DNA of 63,859 nt, filler included, from Chiloscyllium plagiosum (Eukaryota), in NCBI RefSeq assembly GCF_004010195.1. It is 3 parts of one record of this genome, joined end to end, with 100 filler letters (N's around TTAATTAATTAA, not from the genome) between each part and the next. Parts side by side here need not be neighbours in the genome. Positions count along the whole stretch, not along the records: positions 1 to 28,124 come from NC_057711.1; positions 28,225 to 52,195 come from NC_057711.1; 1 more part is not named here. One strand, written 5' to 3'. The position numbers were made by a program, and so were the translations under genes. Below the pieces are notes generated by a model. It ran no database searches. It was not told where the DNA came from and saw only the letters and a list, made by a program, of their open reading frames with translations. Each line of letters starts with the position of its first letter. The stretch's first letter is position 1. Shown here one piece after another: positions 26,065 through 38,267 of the stretch.

Positions 26065-26945
26065 AGTAAGTAGGAGTAGAAACTGGCCATTCAGCCCTTT
26101 GATTCTGCTCCACCATTCAATGAGATCATGGCTGATCTGATAATCTTCAGCTCTACTTTCCTGCCTTTTATCCATAACTCTTATCCCCTCAATGATCAAA
26201 AATCTGTCTATCCCAGCTTTGAATGTAATTAATGACCCAGCCTCGATAGCCGTCTGTGGTAAAGAATTCCACAGATTCACTCACCTATAAGAGAAGAATT
26301 TTCTCGTCACCTGTCTTAAATGTAGAATTCCTTACTCTGAGATTATTCCCTCTGGTTCTTGACTCTCCCACAAGTGTAAACCACCTTTCCACATCTACCC
26401 TGTCAAGTTCCCCCAAAGAATCTTGTATGTTTTAACAAGGGCACCTCTCATTCTTCTAAATTCCAACAAGGACAAATCTACTCATCCTCTCCTCAGAAGT
26501 CAGTCCCTGTGTACCTGGGATCAGCCAATTGAACCTTCTTTGGACCACCTCCAATACCAGTCTATAAGGGGGCCAAAACTGTTCATAGTTTTCCACCTGT
26601 GGTCGGACCAGCACTTTCTATAGTTTCAGAAAAACCTCCCAATTTTTATTCTCCATTTCTTTTGAAATAAAACCCAACAATCCATTTTCATTTCCTCTTA
26701 CCTGCTGAATTTGGGTGTTAGCTTTTGTGATTTATGCGCAAAGAGCTGTGCTGCAGGTTTCTGCAGTCCTTCTCCATTTAAATAGCATTCAGCTCCTCTA
26801 TTTCTCTTGCCAAAGTGCAAAATCTCACATTTCCCCACATTATAGTACATCTGCCAGGATTTTTCCCATTTTGTTTATATCCCTCTGCAGTCTCTGTGTC
26901 ATCCTGATCACTTGCCCTCTGACCTACCTTTTTGTCATTCACAAA
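26065..26945 (-). mobile_element. Decayed CR1 3' portion
   Basis: NLWNSLPQTAIEAGS..FKAGIDRFL. Confidence 0.85.
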
Positions 26946-27757
26946 TATCAACATCTTCCTCTGTCTATGATGTTGCCAGGTTTTGGATCGTTTACAATGT
27001 TAAAACTGTCAACTCTGTATCTTGACTAGCTTATCTACAGGTAACTAGAAATCTACAAGGTACCGCTGGCTTTGAGGGTCATATGTCCTTCCAGGGAGAA
27101 AAACATTCATTCATCACCACATCAGCTTTCAATTTCAAACACAACGATGTATCCATGCCACCACCATCCCTGTAATACCATGTACTCATGTCATGAATAA
27201 TATCTCTTACTTTGCTGTTATATCTAACTGCAATCCTCTCAATCTCTCCTCAGGCAGATATTCCAGGTTGTAAGTGTGCAATACATGTGTGATATATGAA
27301 TGTTCTAGAAACAGTGCATGGAACAGAGAATGACCAACACAGTGGGATAATCTGTCAAATGTAGTGACCCAAATCTGTAGTCTCAAGGCTTTGAACAGCA
27401 CTGATCAGGGAGGACATTTCTTATGTGAGTCTGAAAATCCAAGCACTGGACAGAAGTGTCTGTACTACTTTGACAATTCCAGGTTTGAATGCCCCTTGCA
27501 TTCTGGTAAGACTCACAAGTTAAGCTTGGCTTTTTTACTGACTGAACAGGAATCTTCAAGGTGAGCTGTGAACTGGTTGAGACCAAATCTTGATGTGGAT
27601 TCCCTATTTATTTCACAGATGTTCAGCGTTAATTAAAACTGAAGTTCTGAATCCTTCAATCTATGTTGAAAAGATTGAAATCTCTATGCAGTGTTCAGTA
27701 ATAAACTATTTTCCCTTTCTCATGAAACCAGTCACTTGCCTGACAGTTGTATACACA

Positions 27758-28124
27758 TCATAGAGTCGTAGAGTCATAGAGATATACAGCATGGAAACAG
27801 ACCCTTTGGTCCAACCCGTCCATGCCGATCAGATATCCCAACCCAATCTAGTCCCACCTGCCAGCACCCGGCCCATATCCCTCCAAACCCTTCCTATTCA
27901 TATACCCATCCAAATGCCTCTTAAATGTTGCAATTGTACCAACCCCCACCACATCCTCTGGCAGCTCATTCCATACACGTACCACCATCTGCATGAGAAA
28001 GTTGCCCTTGAGGTCTCTTTTATATCTTTCCCCCCTCACCCTAAACCTATACCCTCTAGTTCTGGACTCCCCAACCCCAGGGAAAAGACTTTGTCTATTT
28101 ATCCTATCCATGCCCCTCATAATT
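27758..28124 (-). mobile_element. Young CR1 3' end truncated by an assembly gap
   Basis: MRGMDRINRQSLFPGVGESRTRG..VWNELPEDVV. Confidence 0.93.
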
Positions 28125-28224
28125 NNNNNNNNNNNNNNNNNNNNNNNNNNNNNNNNNNNNNNNNNNNNTTAATTAATTAANNNNNNNNNNNNNNNNNNNN
28201 NNNNNNNNNNNNNNNNNNNNNNNN
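28125..28224. other. 100-bp assembly gap with artificial linker (44 N, TTAATTAATTAA, 44 N)
   Basis: Identical construct at 52196-52295. Confidence 0.97.
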
Positions 28225-28261
28225 GGTACTGCGCCATAATGTTATATGTTGTATGTTCTAT

Positions 28262-28478
28262 GTTCTATAAACATATCAAATTAGATCCCATCTACCACCC
28301 CCTGAGAAAAAGAACAGGAAATGACATCACCAACCCAAAGAAACCCAAATACACAAATACAAAGCTGGAATTAGCAGCAGTGCTTCGCCTGGAGGCCCAT
28401 TAAGGATGTTACCTAGTAGAGTGATGAAACATCTGGAAATGAACCTTTCAGCTCAGTGAGCAAACCTACATTCAAATT
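28262..28478 (+). mobile_element. PLE family C (Poseidon-like) 3' end with decayed hammerhead
   Basis: Reverse complement of 32495-32745. Confidence 0.8.
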
Positions 28479-28519
28479 CCTCAGCCAATTAGAGGCAAAT
28501 GATTATAATCAACCTGGAG

Positions 28520-28830
28520 GTTTAACCCTTCCAAGACACTCACCATCCTGACTTGGAAATATATTGCCGTTACTTCACTGTCTCTGGGTCAAATTTCTCG
28601 AACTCCCTTGAGGGAGGCAGGATGGCTCTGGGTGGGATGCTCTTCGTAAGGTCTGTGTTGTCTCAATGGGCTGAATGGCCTGCGTCCATACTGTAGGAAT
28701 TCTATGATTCCTAACAACATTATGGGTCCACTTCAAGCAGGCAGCTCACCACCACTTTCTCTTGGGCACCTAGGGATGGGTAATAAATGTTGGCCCAGCC
28801 AGCGATGCCTCCTGTCCCATTAAACAAAAA
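28520..28830 (+). mobile_element. 3' end of the second CR1-like LINE family, with an inserted SINE/LINE tail (~28610-28690)
   Basis: Ends GGCAGCTCACCACCAC..TAGGGATGGGTAATAAATG, the same tail as family-B SINEs; reverse copy at ~55655-55990. Confidence 0.75.
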
Positions 28831-29227
28831 GCAGCACCTGTAGTAAAATTGTCATGACTGCTTGAAATTTGGTATTCTTGTCTTTGGCCTGTTAAGGTTT
28901 TGTTAAAAAAAACTTAAGAATCATGTCTATCTTTCTAACAATATTCATGAACTGCAGGTCTTTCTTTCAATAAACAGGAGGTTGTTTTAAGGTCAATACA
29001 ATTTGCGCAACTCCCACTTAACAAGCAGCAGAAACTTATTCAGAAGTACACATACCTTATAGATGTGTCAAATGTTGCCCTGCCACTAATATTGATTTCA
29101 ATCCTCTCGTCGTTACAGGGGATCCATCAGGGATTATTGAATCATGCTTATGGCCTTTCTGATCACTGGTAATAGCATCCGAATGTGGCGAATTTATCAT
29201 CAGCCAAGTATACTCTAGTATGAAGTG

Positions 29228-29650
29228 TCAGCTGTGTCTCAGTGGGTAGCACACATGCCTCTGAAACAGAAGGTGGTGTGTTCAACTCCCACTCCAGAGA
29301 CCTAAGTCCATTAACCAAGTCTTGCAGTACTGAGGAGGTGCTGCTCTGCTGAAGGTGCTATCTTTCAGGTGAGAAACTAAACCCCAGAGACGTGTCTGCT
29401 TTCTCAAAGGTTCCCACTGTTGCTATTTTGAAGAAAAACACAGATTGCATCCCTGATATTCTGGCCAATGTTAACTCCAGAATCAGCATCACAAGGAAAA
29501 CAGACAACCTGGTCATTATCACATTGCTGCTTGTGGATGCTTGCTGTGCGTAAATTGGCAGCTGAGTTTCCTCTGTTATGACACTGACTGCATGTCAAAA
29601 ATATTCACTGGTAGGTAACGATTTTTAGGAATTCTGGTCACTGTAAGTAT
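29228..29650 (+). mobile_element. Deu-domain tRNA SINE (SacSINE1/AmnSINE1-like)
   Basis: tRNA-like head (CTCAGTGGGTAGC..GTTCAACTCC) and core CTGGTCATTATCACATTGCTG..TGCTGTGCGTAAATTGGCAGC; decayed reverse copies at ~35640, 36630-36875, 46340, 58220. Confidence 0.75.
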
Positions 29651-29738
29651 GCTTTTACTTTGTGATATGAACACTCTTTATTGGTGCTAAATTTCCTCAT
29701 CAGCTCCAGAGAGGAAAGCGACAGGATTATCATGAATT

Positions 29739-29871
29739 CCTGATGAAGGGCTTATGCCTGAAACCTCGACTCTCCTGCTCCTCTCCTGCTCTCCTGCCTG
29801 ACCTGCTGCGCTTTTCCAGCCCCATACTTTTCGACTCTGACTCTCCAGCATCTGCAGTCCACCCTTTCTCC
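29739..29871 (+). mobile_element. 133-bp solo PLE pLTR (family B) starting at its hammerhead
   Basis: Perfect 12-bp TSD TTATCATGAATT (29727-29738 / 29872-29883); begins CCTGATGAAGGGCTTATGCCTGAAAC. Confidence 0.9.
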
Positions 29872-30289
29872 TTATCATGAATTAGCCAAGAGGGAATGCC
29901 TGAATGGTGTATCAGTTTGAAGTAGAGGAAAAAAACTTGGGCTTTGAAGAACAACATGCACAAAACCAAGCTATAGAGATGGGTGGGTATATTTTCAGGA
30001 TTACTTAGTTTCTGCTTCCCACTCACCACTCAGTCAACAGGTTGCTGGTACAGTTCCCCACAGTATGGGAGCAGTGTGTGCCATCTACAAAATGTAATGA
30101 ACTGAAACATTATTCCTTGGCTCCTCTGACAGCACCTTCCAAATGCGTCAACTCCATCACCACCTTCAAGGATGAAGCCCTCATATGCATTGGGACACCA
30201 CCACCTTCAAGCCACTCACCAGCCAGACTTGGACGTATATCGACATTTTCCTATTTGGCTTCCCAAGATTGAACAAAGAGTTAGAGAGC

Positions 30290-30900
30290 CATAGAGTTCA
30301 ACAGCACAGAAAAAGACCCATTGTGTCCATGCTGGTCAAAAACAATTGCTCATCAATTCCAGCACTTTGCCCTTTGCCTGAGTGCACACCTAAATACTTC
30401 TTCAATACTATGAGGGTTTTTGCCATTACCACGCTTCCAGACAGTGAGTCCCAGATTCTCACTACCTCCTGAGCGAAGAAGCTTTTCCTCACCTCTCCTT
30501 TAAACATCTTAAAGTCTAGGCCCCTGCTCATTCATTCCCCCCACCAAGGGAACAAGTTCTTCCTGTCTATCATTTCTTTGAGCTAGGACTAATAAAGGCA
30601 AGTATCCTATATTTTTCATAGCCACTTTATCCAACTGTCCGAATCTGTAAGGGCCCACTGTACACACACAGAAGTGATCCCCTGTGCTTCCCAGGGTCCT
30701 ACTGTTCCTCATGTACTCTCTTCGTTTGTCCTGCCCAAGTGCATCATTTCACATTTATCTGGATTACATATTACTTGCCAATAATCACTCATCTGACCAG
30801 CTCATAGATATCCTGTTGTAGTCCAGTGCTACCCTCCTCAATGTACTGATCAGCCCTCCTACATTCAAGTGTAAATCATTTACATGGACCACTAACAGAG
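30290..30900 (-). mobile_element. Decayed CR1 fragment
   Basis: FKGEVRKSFFAQEVVRIWDSL. Confidence 0.75.
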
Positions 30901-31634
30901 AAAACCTCAACTATTACCCTCGGTTTACTGAAACTGTTTTGATCCTGATTTGAGAAAGATCGGGTAATGCAAGACAATTCTGATGATCACACGCCTTCAT
31001 CAGTGCCCACATGTAAACAGGTCCCATTGGCAAAGTCAGGGGTCACAAGGATTTTTCAGTTCAGCAAAGTTGAAACACAAGATCATGCAGTTAATTGTTC
31101 TTTGATGAGTCTCAGTGTGGTGAGTTCGGCATTGCGGCTGTTCAATTCAGTTGTCTTCTGGGTGCAGTGTATGAACCTTATGTCCACATTTCAAAGGGCC
31201 TCAGTTTTCTCTCAGGTTGGAACACTTTCGCAGAACTGGGCATACCACTTCCGAATGGAAACACAGAGAGAAAGAGAAACTCTTCAGTCTAGCATTGTCT
31301 TAATCTCCTCACTGGCATGGAATAATTGGAGCACCTGAAACACTTGTTTATTTGAATATTCCAGACAGTTTCTGTCAGTTCATGTCGATGGCAGTTATTG
31401 TTTCAAGACAGGTAATTGTATTTTGATGGCTCATCTCATATACATTGGAAAAGTTTCAAAATGTTTTGAATCACTTGCACACCCCAGGGGTTTGATTGTC
31501 TGTTTCCATTAAATTTGGCAAAATGCAAAATTGTACAATTTGCTGTCACCCATCTGCCTGGCAGTTTCAGATGTGAAAATCTGAAGAGGGTCTCGGTTTT
31601 ATTTGAACAAATCAAGGCAGGCAAAATAAATCTA

Positions 31635-31864
31635 TGTTGTAGGGGAGCTGGTGTTGGACTGGGGTGGACAAAGTTAAAAATCACACAACACCAGGTTAAA
31701 GTCCAACAGGTTTATTTGGAAGCACTAACTTTCGGAATGCTGCTCCCTCAGCAGGTGGTTGTAGAGAATAAGATCATAAGACACAGAATTTATACACAGT
31801 GTTCTGAATGAAACTGCTTCCAAATAAACCTGTTGGACAATAACCTTGTGTTGTGTGATTTTTA
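31635..31864 (-). mobile_element. Short fold-back PLE pLTR derivative (family A)
   Basis: Inverted arms, tail on the left, perfect TSD AAAATAAATCTA (31623-31634 / 31865-31876). Confidence 0.9.
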
Positions 31865-31934
31865 AAAATAAATCTAGAGATGGTATATTTGAAAATAAAG
31901 CGATTCTAACAAGGATATACAAAAGCAAAGGGAG

Positions 31935-32235
31935 GCGATTGCTTAGTGTTATCACTGGACTGTTAATCCAGATACAAATCCTTCCTTAGACATGGTGGAA
32001 TTCGAAGTCAACAAAAATTCTGGAATTAAGGGTTGAATCGCTGATTGTCAGAAATACCCATCTGGTTCACTAATGTCCTTTATGGAAGGAAACTGCCATC
32101 CTTACCTAAATTGGCCTATAAGTGTCTCCAGGCCCATAGCAATGTGGGTAACTATTGGCTGCTCTCTGGGGCAGTTAGGGATAGGCAATAAATGCTCACT
32201 TAGCCAGTGACACTCACATTCCATGAATTTAATTT
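31935..32235 (+). mobile_element. tRNA-derived SINE (family B)
   Basis: Matches the 25458 copy. Confidence 0.75.
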
Positions 32236-32494
32236 TAAAGAATGGTTTGGAAAGATTAGTTTAAGAAAAAAAAACATCCATAATAGTTCAAAGGATTGAA
32301 AACAAGAGGACCTTGATTCGAGGCAGAAGAAGCGATGCAGGTATGAGGGAAAATGTTTTCCCACAATAATCATTGACAGCTGGAATGCGCCATCTAAAAA
32401 TGTGGTGGGGACAGATTTGGCCAAGGCATTTAAGAGAGATGTAGATTATTATCTGAGAAGGAGCAATATGCAGAGCTAGGGTGAAAGGATTAGG

Positions 32495-33385
32495 GTGTTG
32501 GATGTAGGTTTGCTCGCTGAGCTGAAAGGTTCATTTCCAGACGGTTCGTTACCTGACTAGGTAACATCTTCAATGGACCTCATGCGAAGCAATGCTGAAA
32601 ATTTCTGCTTTCTATTTACATGTTTGGGTTTCTTTGGGTTGGTGATGTTATTTCCTGTGGTGATGTTATTTCCTGTGGTGAAGTCACTTCCTGTTCCTTT
32701 TCTCAGGGGATGGTAGATGGGGTCTAACTCGATGTGTTTGTTGATAGTTGGAATGCCATGCTTTTAGGAATTCTCATGCATGTCTCTGTTTGGCTTGTCC
32801 TAGGATGGATGTATTGTCCCAGTCAAAGTGGTGTCCTCCCTCATCCTTATGTGAGGATACCAGTGAGAGAGGGTCATGTTGTTTGTGGCTAGTTCGTGTT
32901 CATGTATCCTGGTGGCTAGTTTTCTGCCTGTTTGTCCAATGTAGTGTTTGTTACAGTCCTTGCATGATATTTTGTAAATTACGTTAGTTTTGCTCATTGG
33001 CTGTGTCGGGTCTTTCAAGTTCATTAGCTGCTGTTTTAATGTGCTGGTGGGTTTGTACTATCATGATGCCAAGGGATCTGAGTAGTCTGACAGTCCTTTC
33101 TGAGATGTCTTTGACGTAGGGGAGTGTGGCTAGGGTTTCTGGATGTGTTTTGTCTGCTTGTTTGGGTTTGTTGCTGAGAAATTGGTGGATTGTGTTCATT
33201 GGGTACCCCTTCTTTTTGAATACATGGTATAGGTGATTTTCCTGTGCTCTGCATAGTTCCTCTGTGCTGCAGTGTGTGGTGGCTCATTGAAATAATGTTC
33301 TGACGCAGCTTATTTTGCGGGTGTTGGGATGATTGCTTCTGTAGTTCAATATTTGGTCTGTATGTATTGTTTTTCTGTAGATACT
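32495..33385 (-). mobile_element. Penelope-like element family C (Poseidon-like), RT thumb + GIY-YIG + pLTR
   Basis: LKDP..KTNVIYKISCKDCNKHYIGQTGRKLATRIHEH; ATLPYVKDISE; hammerhead-like motif at ~32535-32576. Confidence 0.92.
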
Positions 33386-34743
33386 GGTTTGAAGTTATGG
33401 TAGAATGGCCTCCTTTGTACCAATTTTTAAATTCTGCGGCCTCTCACTTGGCCCTAACTGAGTTTGTTCAAGGACAGAAGGTTCAGAGGGTGAAACAGAC
33501 AAGATATTTCCACTTGAAGAAGCATTCCGGAAGTAGAGACCATAAATATAGGATCATGACTCATAATTTCAACCTCTGTTTCTCAGGAAGTGGAAACAAT
33601 GTGGAACTTGCTACTGTGCCGACAGGTTGAAACCAGCTGCATTGATGTCTTTAAATGATAGATGTATAAGTACATGAGGAGCAGGTCATTGAAAGATAGC
33701 TCATAGGATGGCAGGAGGCGTGCATGAAGCATCAGTTATATCATTGAAGTGATGGGTCAAATGGCTTTTTCCTCCTTTATATTTGTTCAGAGGATGCAGG
33801 CTGGGTCAGTTTTATTTACCCATCCCTAATCACACAAAGAGCACTTAAGATTCAATTAAACATTAGATGAAGGAGCAAAAGCAGATCATTCAGCCCATCG
33901 AGTCACCATCCATTCAGCATTCAATAAGATCATAGCTGACCTCATAATCCTGAGCATGATTTTCTGCTTTTTTCCCCCACCAATTCCCTTACTGATTAAT
34001 TACTGTGCATCTGGAATCACATGTAAGTCAGACCAGGTAAAGATGGCAGATTTCCTCTTTGAAGGGTAATGGTAAACCAGATGAGTTTTTGCAACAATCA
34101 ATATGTAGTCGCTGCTGCTACTATTCCAGCTTGTGACCCCATCATTACAATGGCAGGGATAAGGTTCCATAACGATGACTGGAGACAACATAATGGTGGT
34201 TTGGCAGGTGATTTACTGGGAGGCATTCCACCCTCTCCTGCTCCACAAGCAGTGCTGTAAATGATTGTTAGCTTCAACCATTCTTGACTCTTTTTCAGGT
34301 TTGGCAGACTGTCTGACTGATACCATTACCATATAATGCCATAGCAATGTCTATCTGTCCTTCCTCTTGCTGTTGATCTTAGATAGTGACACTATATGGG
34401 GAAAGATGTCCAGACAAACTCTTTGATGAAAGATAGGCCCAATATTAATGATCAGTAAATCACAGAAGGAGCTATTCAAACCATCTTGACACTCACTGGC
34501 TCATTAGGCAGAATGACCAGAAAGTATATGGAATTTTAACAGTCCTGTTGGAGAACATGCATAGAACCATGTCCTGGTTGGAGAGTAACATCTGGATTTG
34601 CAGATGTGGTTTAAAGCAGACTCACTAAATATCTAAAAATGCCTATGCTGTGGATGCTTTCCAAGCTCCTAGGAAGATGGCATGACTGGATGGCACAGGA
34701 AGATGGAGTTGCCAGGTGGGATTATGAAACTTAATATCATTGC

Positions 34744-35408
34744 TGTGATGATACTACAGCTTTAAAGGGTGTATTTTGTTCTAATTTTAATTTTGAAGAT
34801 GGGTTTTAAGGCAAAGGCGTCAACCTGTCTATTTGAATCCAATAAAGTTAACAGGTTGTGAGTCCTTGGGATTTTTCTTTAAAAGTTGGGACAATAGAAG
34901 CAGCCTGAATGGGTGGGGTTATGCTCCCGCAGAACCAGGATTTGTAGTTTTAGTGTTTCAGAGGCAGTAGCTGCTAGGGTCTTGAAGCTGGGTTTGGAAA
35001 CCGCAGTACATCTCTCCTTGCTACTCTGTCTCTGAGTTTTCTGTTGATGTGCTTTTTTTCATTCTGGACTAGAGAATTGCCTGAGAGGCAATCTATTTTA
35101 CTGAATTTGCATTTGCAAGAGTGTGTTTATGAGATGTTGCTATATTGGACCAGTTACTGTTTAATAGCTAAATAATCTATTATTCTATTAAGTTTTCCAA
35201 TAGAGTTAATTATTCCAATTTCTTCTTTCCTATGCTATACTTTAACAATAGTGGATGAACCAACTGTGTTTTGCTTCAAGACTGGTAGTTTGGCCAATCG
35301 AATCTCATCTGGAACACAATACCTAGCAGTTGTCTTTAAAATAAGAAAAAGTCAGATCAAGACTATCCTCTTAATATATTTTGAGGGAGTTTGGCCTGGT
35401 CCATAACA
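34744..35408 (+). mobile_element. Putative solo LTR (Gypsy-like)
   Basis: TGTGATG...CATAACA termini; both ends match the reverse complement of the 37326-38155 element; no clean TSD. Confidence 0.65.
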
Positions 35409-36199
35409 CTGGGGTTTGGAGGTCACCAGCAACTCTTAGCTGGCTGACAGATAGAGAGATAATGACCATGAAAGCTGTGACATTGCTGTAAAAATTCCAA
35501 CTAGGAAAACTGCCCCTTTCCCAGTGTGGTCACTGCTATCGTTTTCTCTCTTTCTGACTCAATGCTTTGACCCAATGTTTTATAGAACCATTCCATGATG
35601 TTTATAAAGTCCACATAATGAGTACGGCTTAGTCTCAAAGCTCTTTGCAGCCAATTAGTTGTCTCTTTGAAATGTAATTATTGTCATAACTCTTTAAAAC
35701 ACATGAGCCAAATTGCCCCTAGGACCTCCCTGACAAAGAGCCAGAAGTGACCAGATAATCCTTCCAAGGTCAGAAGCATTATGAGCTCATTAATCAATTA
35801 TACTTCCAAGCGCATTGCTGAGGTGTGTGGGAGGTGGTGGGGGAAGGGAGGATTCAAGTCTGACTCTTTGCTACAAGCAAAACCAGCTCTCAGGGGATCC
35901 AGACCACAGTGTGCCCACTCCTGTCTGGGGAACTGGCCAGGCTGCCTATTCCAGAAGGCACAAAGGTGGTGACCAAGTACACCACCTCCAAGTGGAGCAA
36001 GACGTTGTGCTGAAATCTGATCTGTTTTGGATTTAGATTTAGATATTATTGTCACGTGTACTCAAGTACAGAAGTATAGGAGTACAGTGAAAAATGTATA
36101 ATGCCACCACACAGAGCGCCTCCTTATGTACCAAGGTACCTAGGTAGAAAAGACTTAGATACAAAGTGGTAAAAGAAACAAAGTTAAAATGTTAAGCAT

Positions 36200-36305
36200 T
36201 AACCACCAGTGCTTCACCGGAGACTCTCACTGATGATGTTACCTAGTCATGGTGACAAAACATCTGAAAACAAACCTTCAAGCTCAGCGAGCTGACTTAC
36301 ATACT
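36200..36305 (+). mobile_element. PLE family C pLTR fragment with CpG-decayed hammerhead
   Basis: CTGATGA TGTTACC TAGTCAT GGTGAC AAAACATC. Confidence 0.75.
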
Positions 36306-36969
36306 AGCTAGTGTTATCTTCAGAGAATAATGAGAAAAATAAAGAAATACGTTGACAGGCAACATTAAAGTCCTTCTTAATATAAACTAGAAAACTAAAG
36401 GAATAAATTAAAAGTTCAGCAGTCTTTGATGAGTCCTCCGCTTAGCTCACACTCTGGGAGACCTCAACTGCCTGTTCTCAATGATAACCACAGATACCGG
36501 GGAAGCTCCCTCACCACTCGCTCTCCCCACATGGGGCCACAATACCATCACTGTTGCTGAAGCTGTTGCCTCCCCAAACTCCTCCCACTGCCTCTGGAAC
36601 ATACCTGGGCAGGACACACTCGCATGCCCAGATATTGGCCGAGGGATGAATATCGGTCAGAGCATTGAGGCAAGCTTTGCTGCCCACCTTCGGTATTATA
36701 CCACAGGATCATTTATGTTTCACCTGAGAGAGCAGATGGTCTGTTTTCCTGTCCGAAGGTCTCCCTCAGTACTGGAATTGCCAGATTAAACTCTGCTCTC
36801 AAATCCCTGATGTGGGATTATGAACCCGTGACTAGTGACTCACAGCGTGCAACCCATGGGTAAGGAATGCTACCATGCCAGCACTATCTTTGTGCTGAGT
36901 CACAGGGTGAAAGATAATCAGCAATTTACTCTGGCCATCACTGAGATGGAATAACAGAGATTGGAAACT

Positions 36970-37270
36970 GGTCACAGCTGGTTAAAGAGAGGCAGCACAA
37001 ATGAAATGAAAGAGAACCTGAGAATTGGGTGAACAGGGAATAGAAAAACATGATAAAAGACATGCAAAGGCTTTAGGTCATTCGAAAGCTGGAAAGCTGG
37101 TATAGGATTACCTCAGCTGAGGTGCTTTTCGATCAGCTTGGCTTCAGAGCAGCTGCTTGTTCTGAAGCACAGAGGAATATCTTTCGCCTCTGGCTGTGAC
37201 TGCAGGTGAGAGGAAATGAAAATGAGTAACTCCGTTTAGCTGCTTCCAAATTCTAAACTCCACAGCTGAC
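36970..37270. promoter_or_regulatory. Candidate enhancer: E-box and Ets-IRF motif cluster
   Basis: CAGCTG at 36975, 37114, 37150, 37263; CAGGTG at 37203; GGAAATGAAA at 37212; TGAGTAA at 37223. Confidence 0.35.
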
Positions 37271-37325
37271 ATCCGCAAGCAGCTCCAGAAATAAAAACTT
37301 AGCAATCGCCCACGGCACTGTCATG

Positions 37326-38155
37326 TGTAATGGACCAAACCAAACCCCCTCAAAATTATATCTAGCCCAGACCTTAACTTTATATTATGTTTAAAGGCAA
37401 GTGCAAGGTGCTGTGTTCCAGGTGTGATTCAGATGAAACTATTAGGCTTTCAGCAAAACACACTTTATTCTTATAATACAGTTAAAATCCAAAAAAAAGG
37501 AAGAATTAACAGAGAGTATAAAGGGTATGGAATGCTTTGCCTGCATTGGTAGTAGATTTGCCAAGTTTAAGTGCATTTAAGTCATCATTGGACAGGCAAA
37601 TGTACATACATGGAATAATGTCGGTGGGTTGGGATTCAGAATAGTATGACAAGGCAGTGCAACATTGAGGGTCAAAGGGCCTGTACTGCGCTGTCATGTT
37701 CTATGTTCTATAACTTTAACTCTACTCATATTATTTAACTACTAATCATCAGTTGTTTCACTATCACAGCATTCCATAAACACACGCTTGGCAAAGGCAA
37801 ATTCAGTAAAACAGATTTACCTCACGTGCTATCTCCCTGAAAGAAAGAAGCAATCCAGTTGCAGAGAGAGAATCAAGCTTTTTGCTGCTCCAGAGAGACA
37901 GAGAGAACTGTATCTATCAGCTTTAACAGCCAACTCCAAACCCCAGCTGAAAGCAAAACTAAAACCTTGGTACATTTGAGCCTGACTCCACCCACTCATG
38001 CTCCTCTTGTCTAATTATAACAAAATCACTCAGGGAGCTCAAAAGCTGTTAACCCACTGTTTGTGGAGCAAGCATTCGGGCACCACTATGGCAACACCTC
38101 TCTATAAGAGAAACAGCACAGAATAGATCTCTCTTAAAGGCATGGTATCGTCACA
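37326..38155 (-). mobile_element. Putative solo LTR interrupted by a CR1 3' tail (~37510-37710)
   Basis: TG..CA termini; flanks CATG / CACA are compatible with a CpG-decayed CACG 4-bp TSD. Confidence 0.7.
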
Positions 38156-38267
38156 CACATTCTCGTTCCACCCCCACTGATTGTTTCTTCTACTTTCAGT
38201 CCAATCTGGGACCTCAGCCCTCTCTCCAGAATACGATTACTTGCTTAATGCTTCATTCTAGTCTTGG

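Noticed and set aside
27364..27618. 66-aa ORF followed by a GTGAG..CAG mini-intron
   Set aside because: The intron would be only 58 nt, the downstream frame closes quickly and the peptide is unrecognisable.
28169..28180. Palindromic TTAATTAATTAA (also at 52240-52251)
   Set aside because: Centred in exactly 44+44 N in both places and gives stops in all six frames; a scaffolding linker, not biology.
29056..29165. Minus-strand ERIEINISG peptide before an AAG|GTATGT donor, resembling a Kv channel T1 start
   Set aside because: In-frame TGA a few codons upstream and a weak acceptor; at most a non-coding exon.
30967..31338. 123-aa plus ORF with splice-like sites on both strands
   Set aside because: No recognisable protein motif and no consistent acceptor-donor pair.
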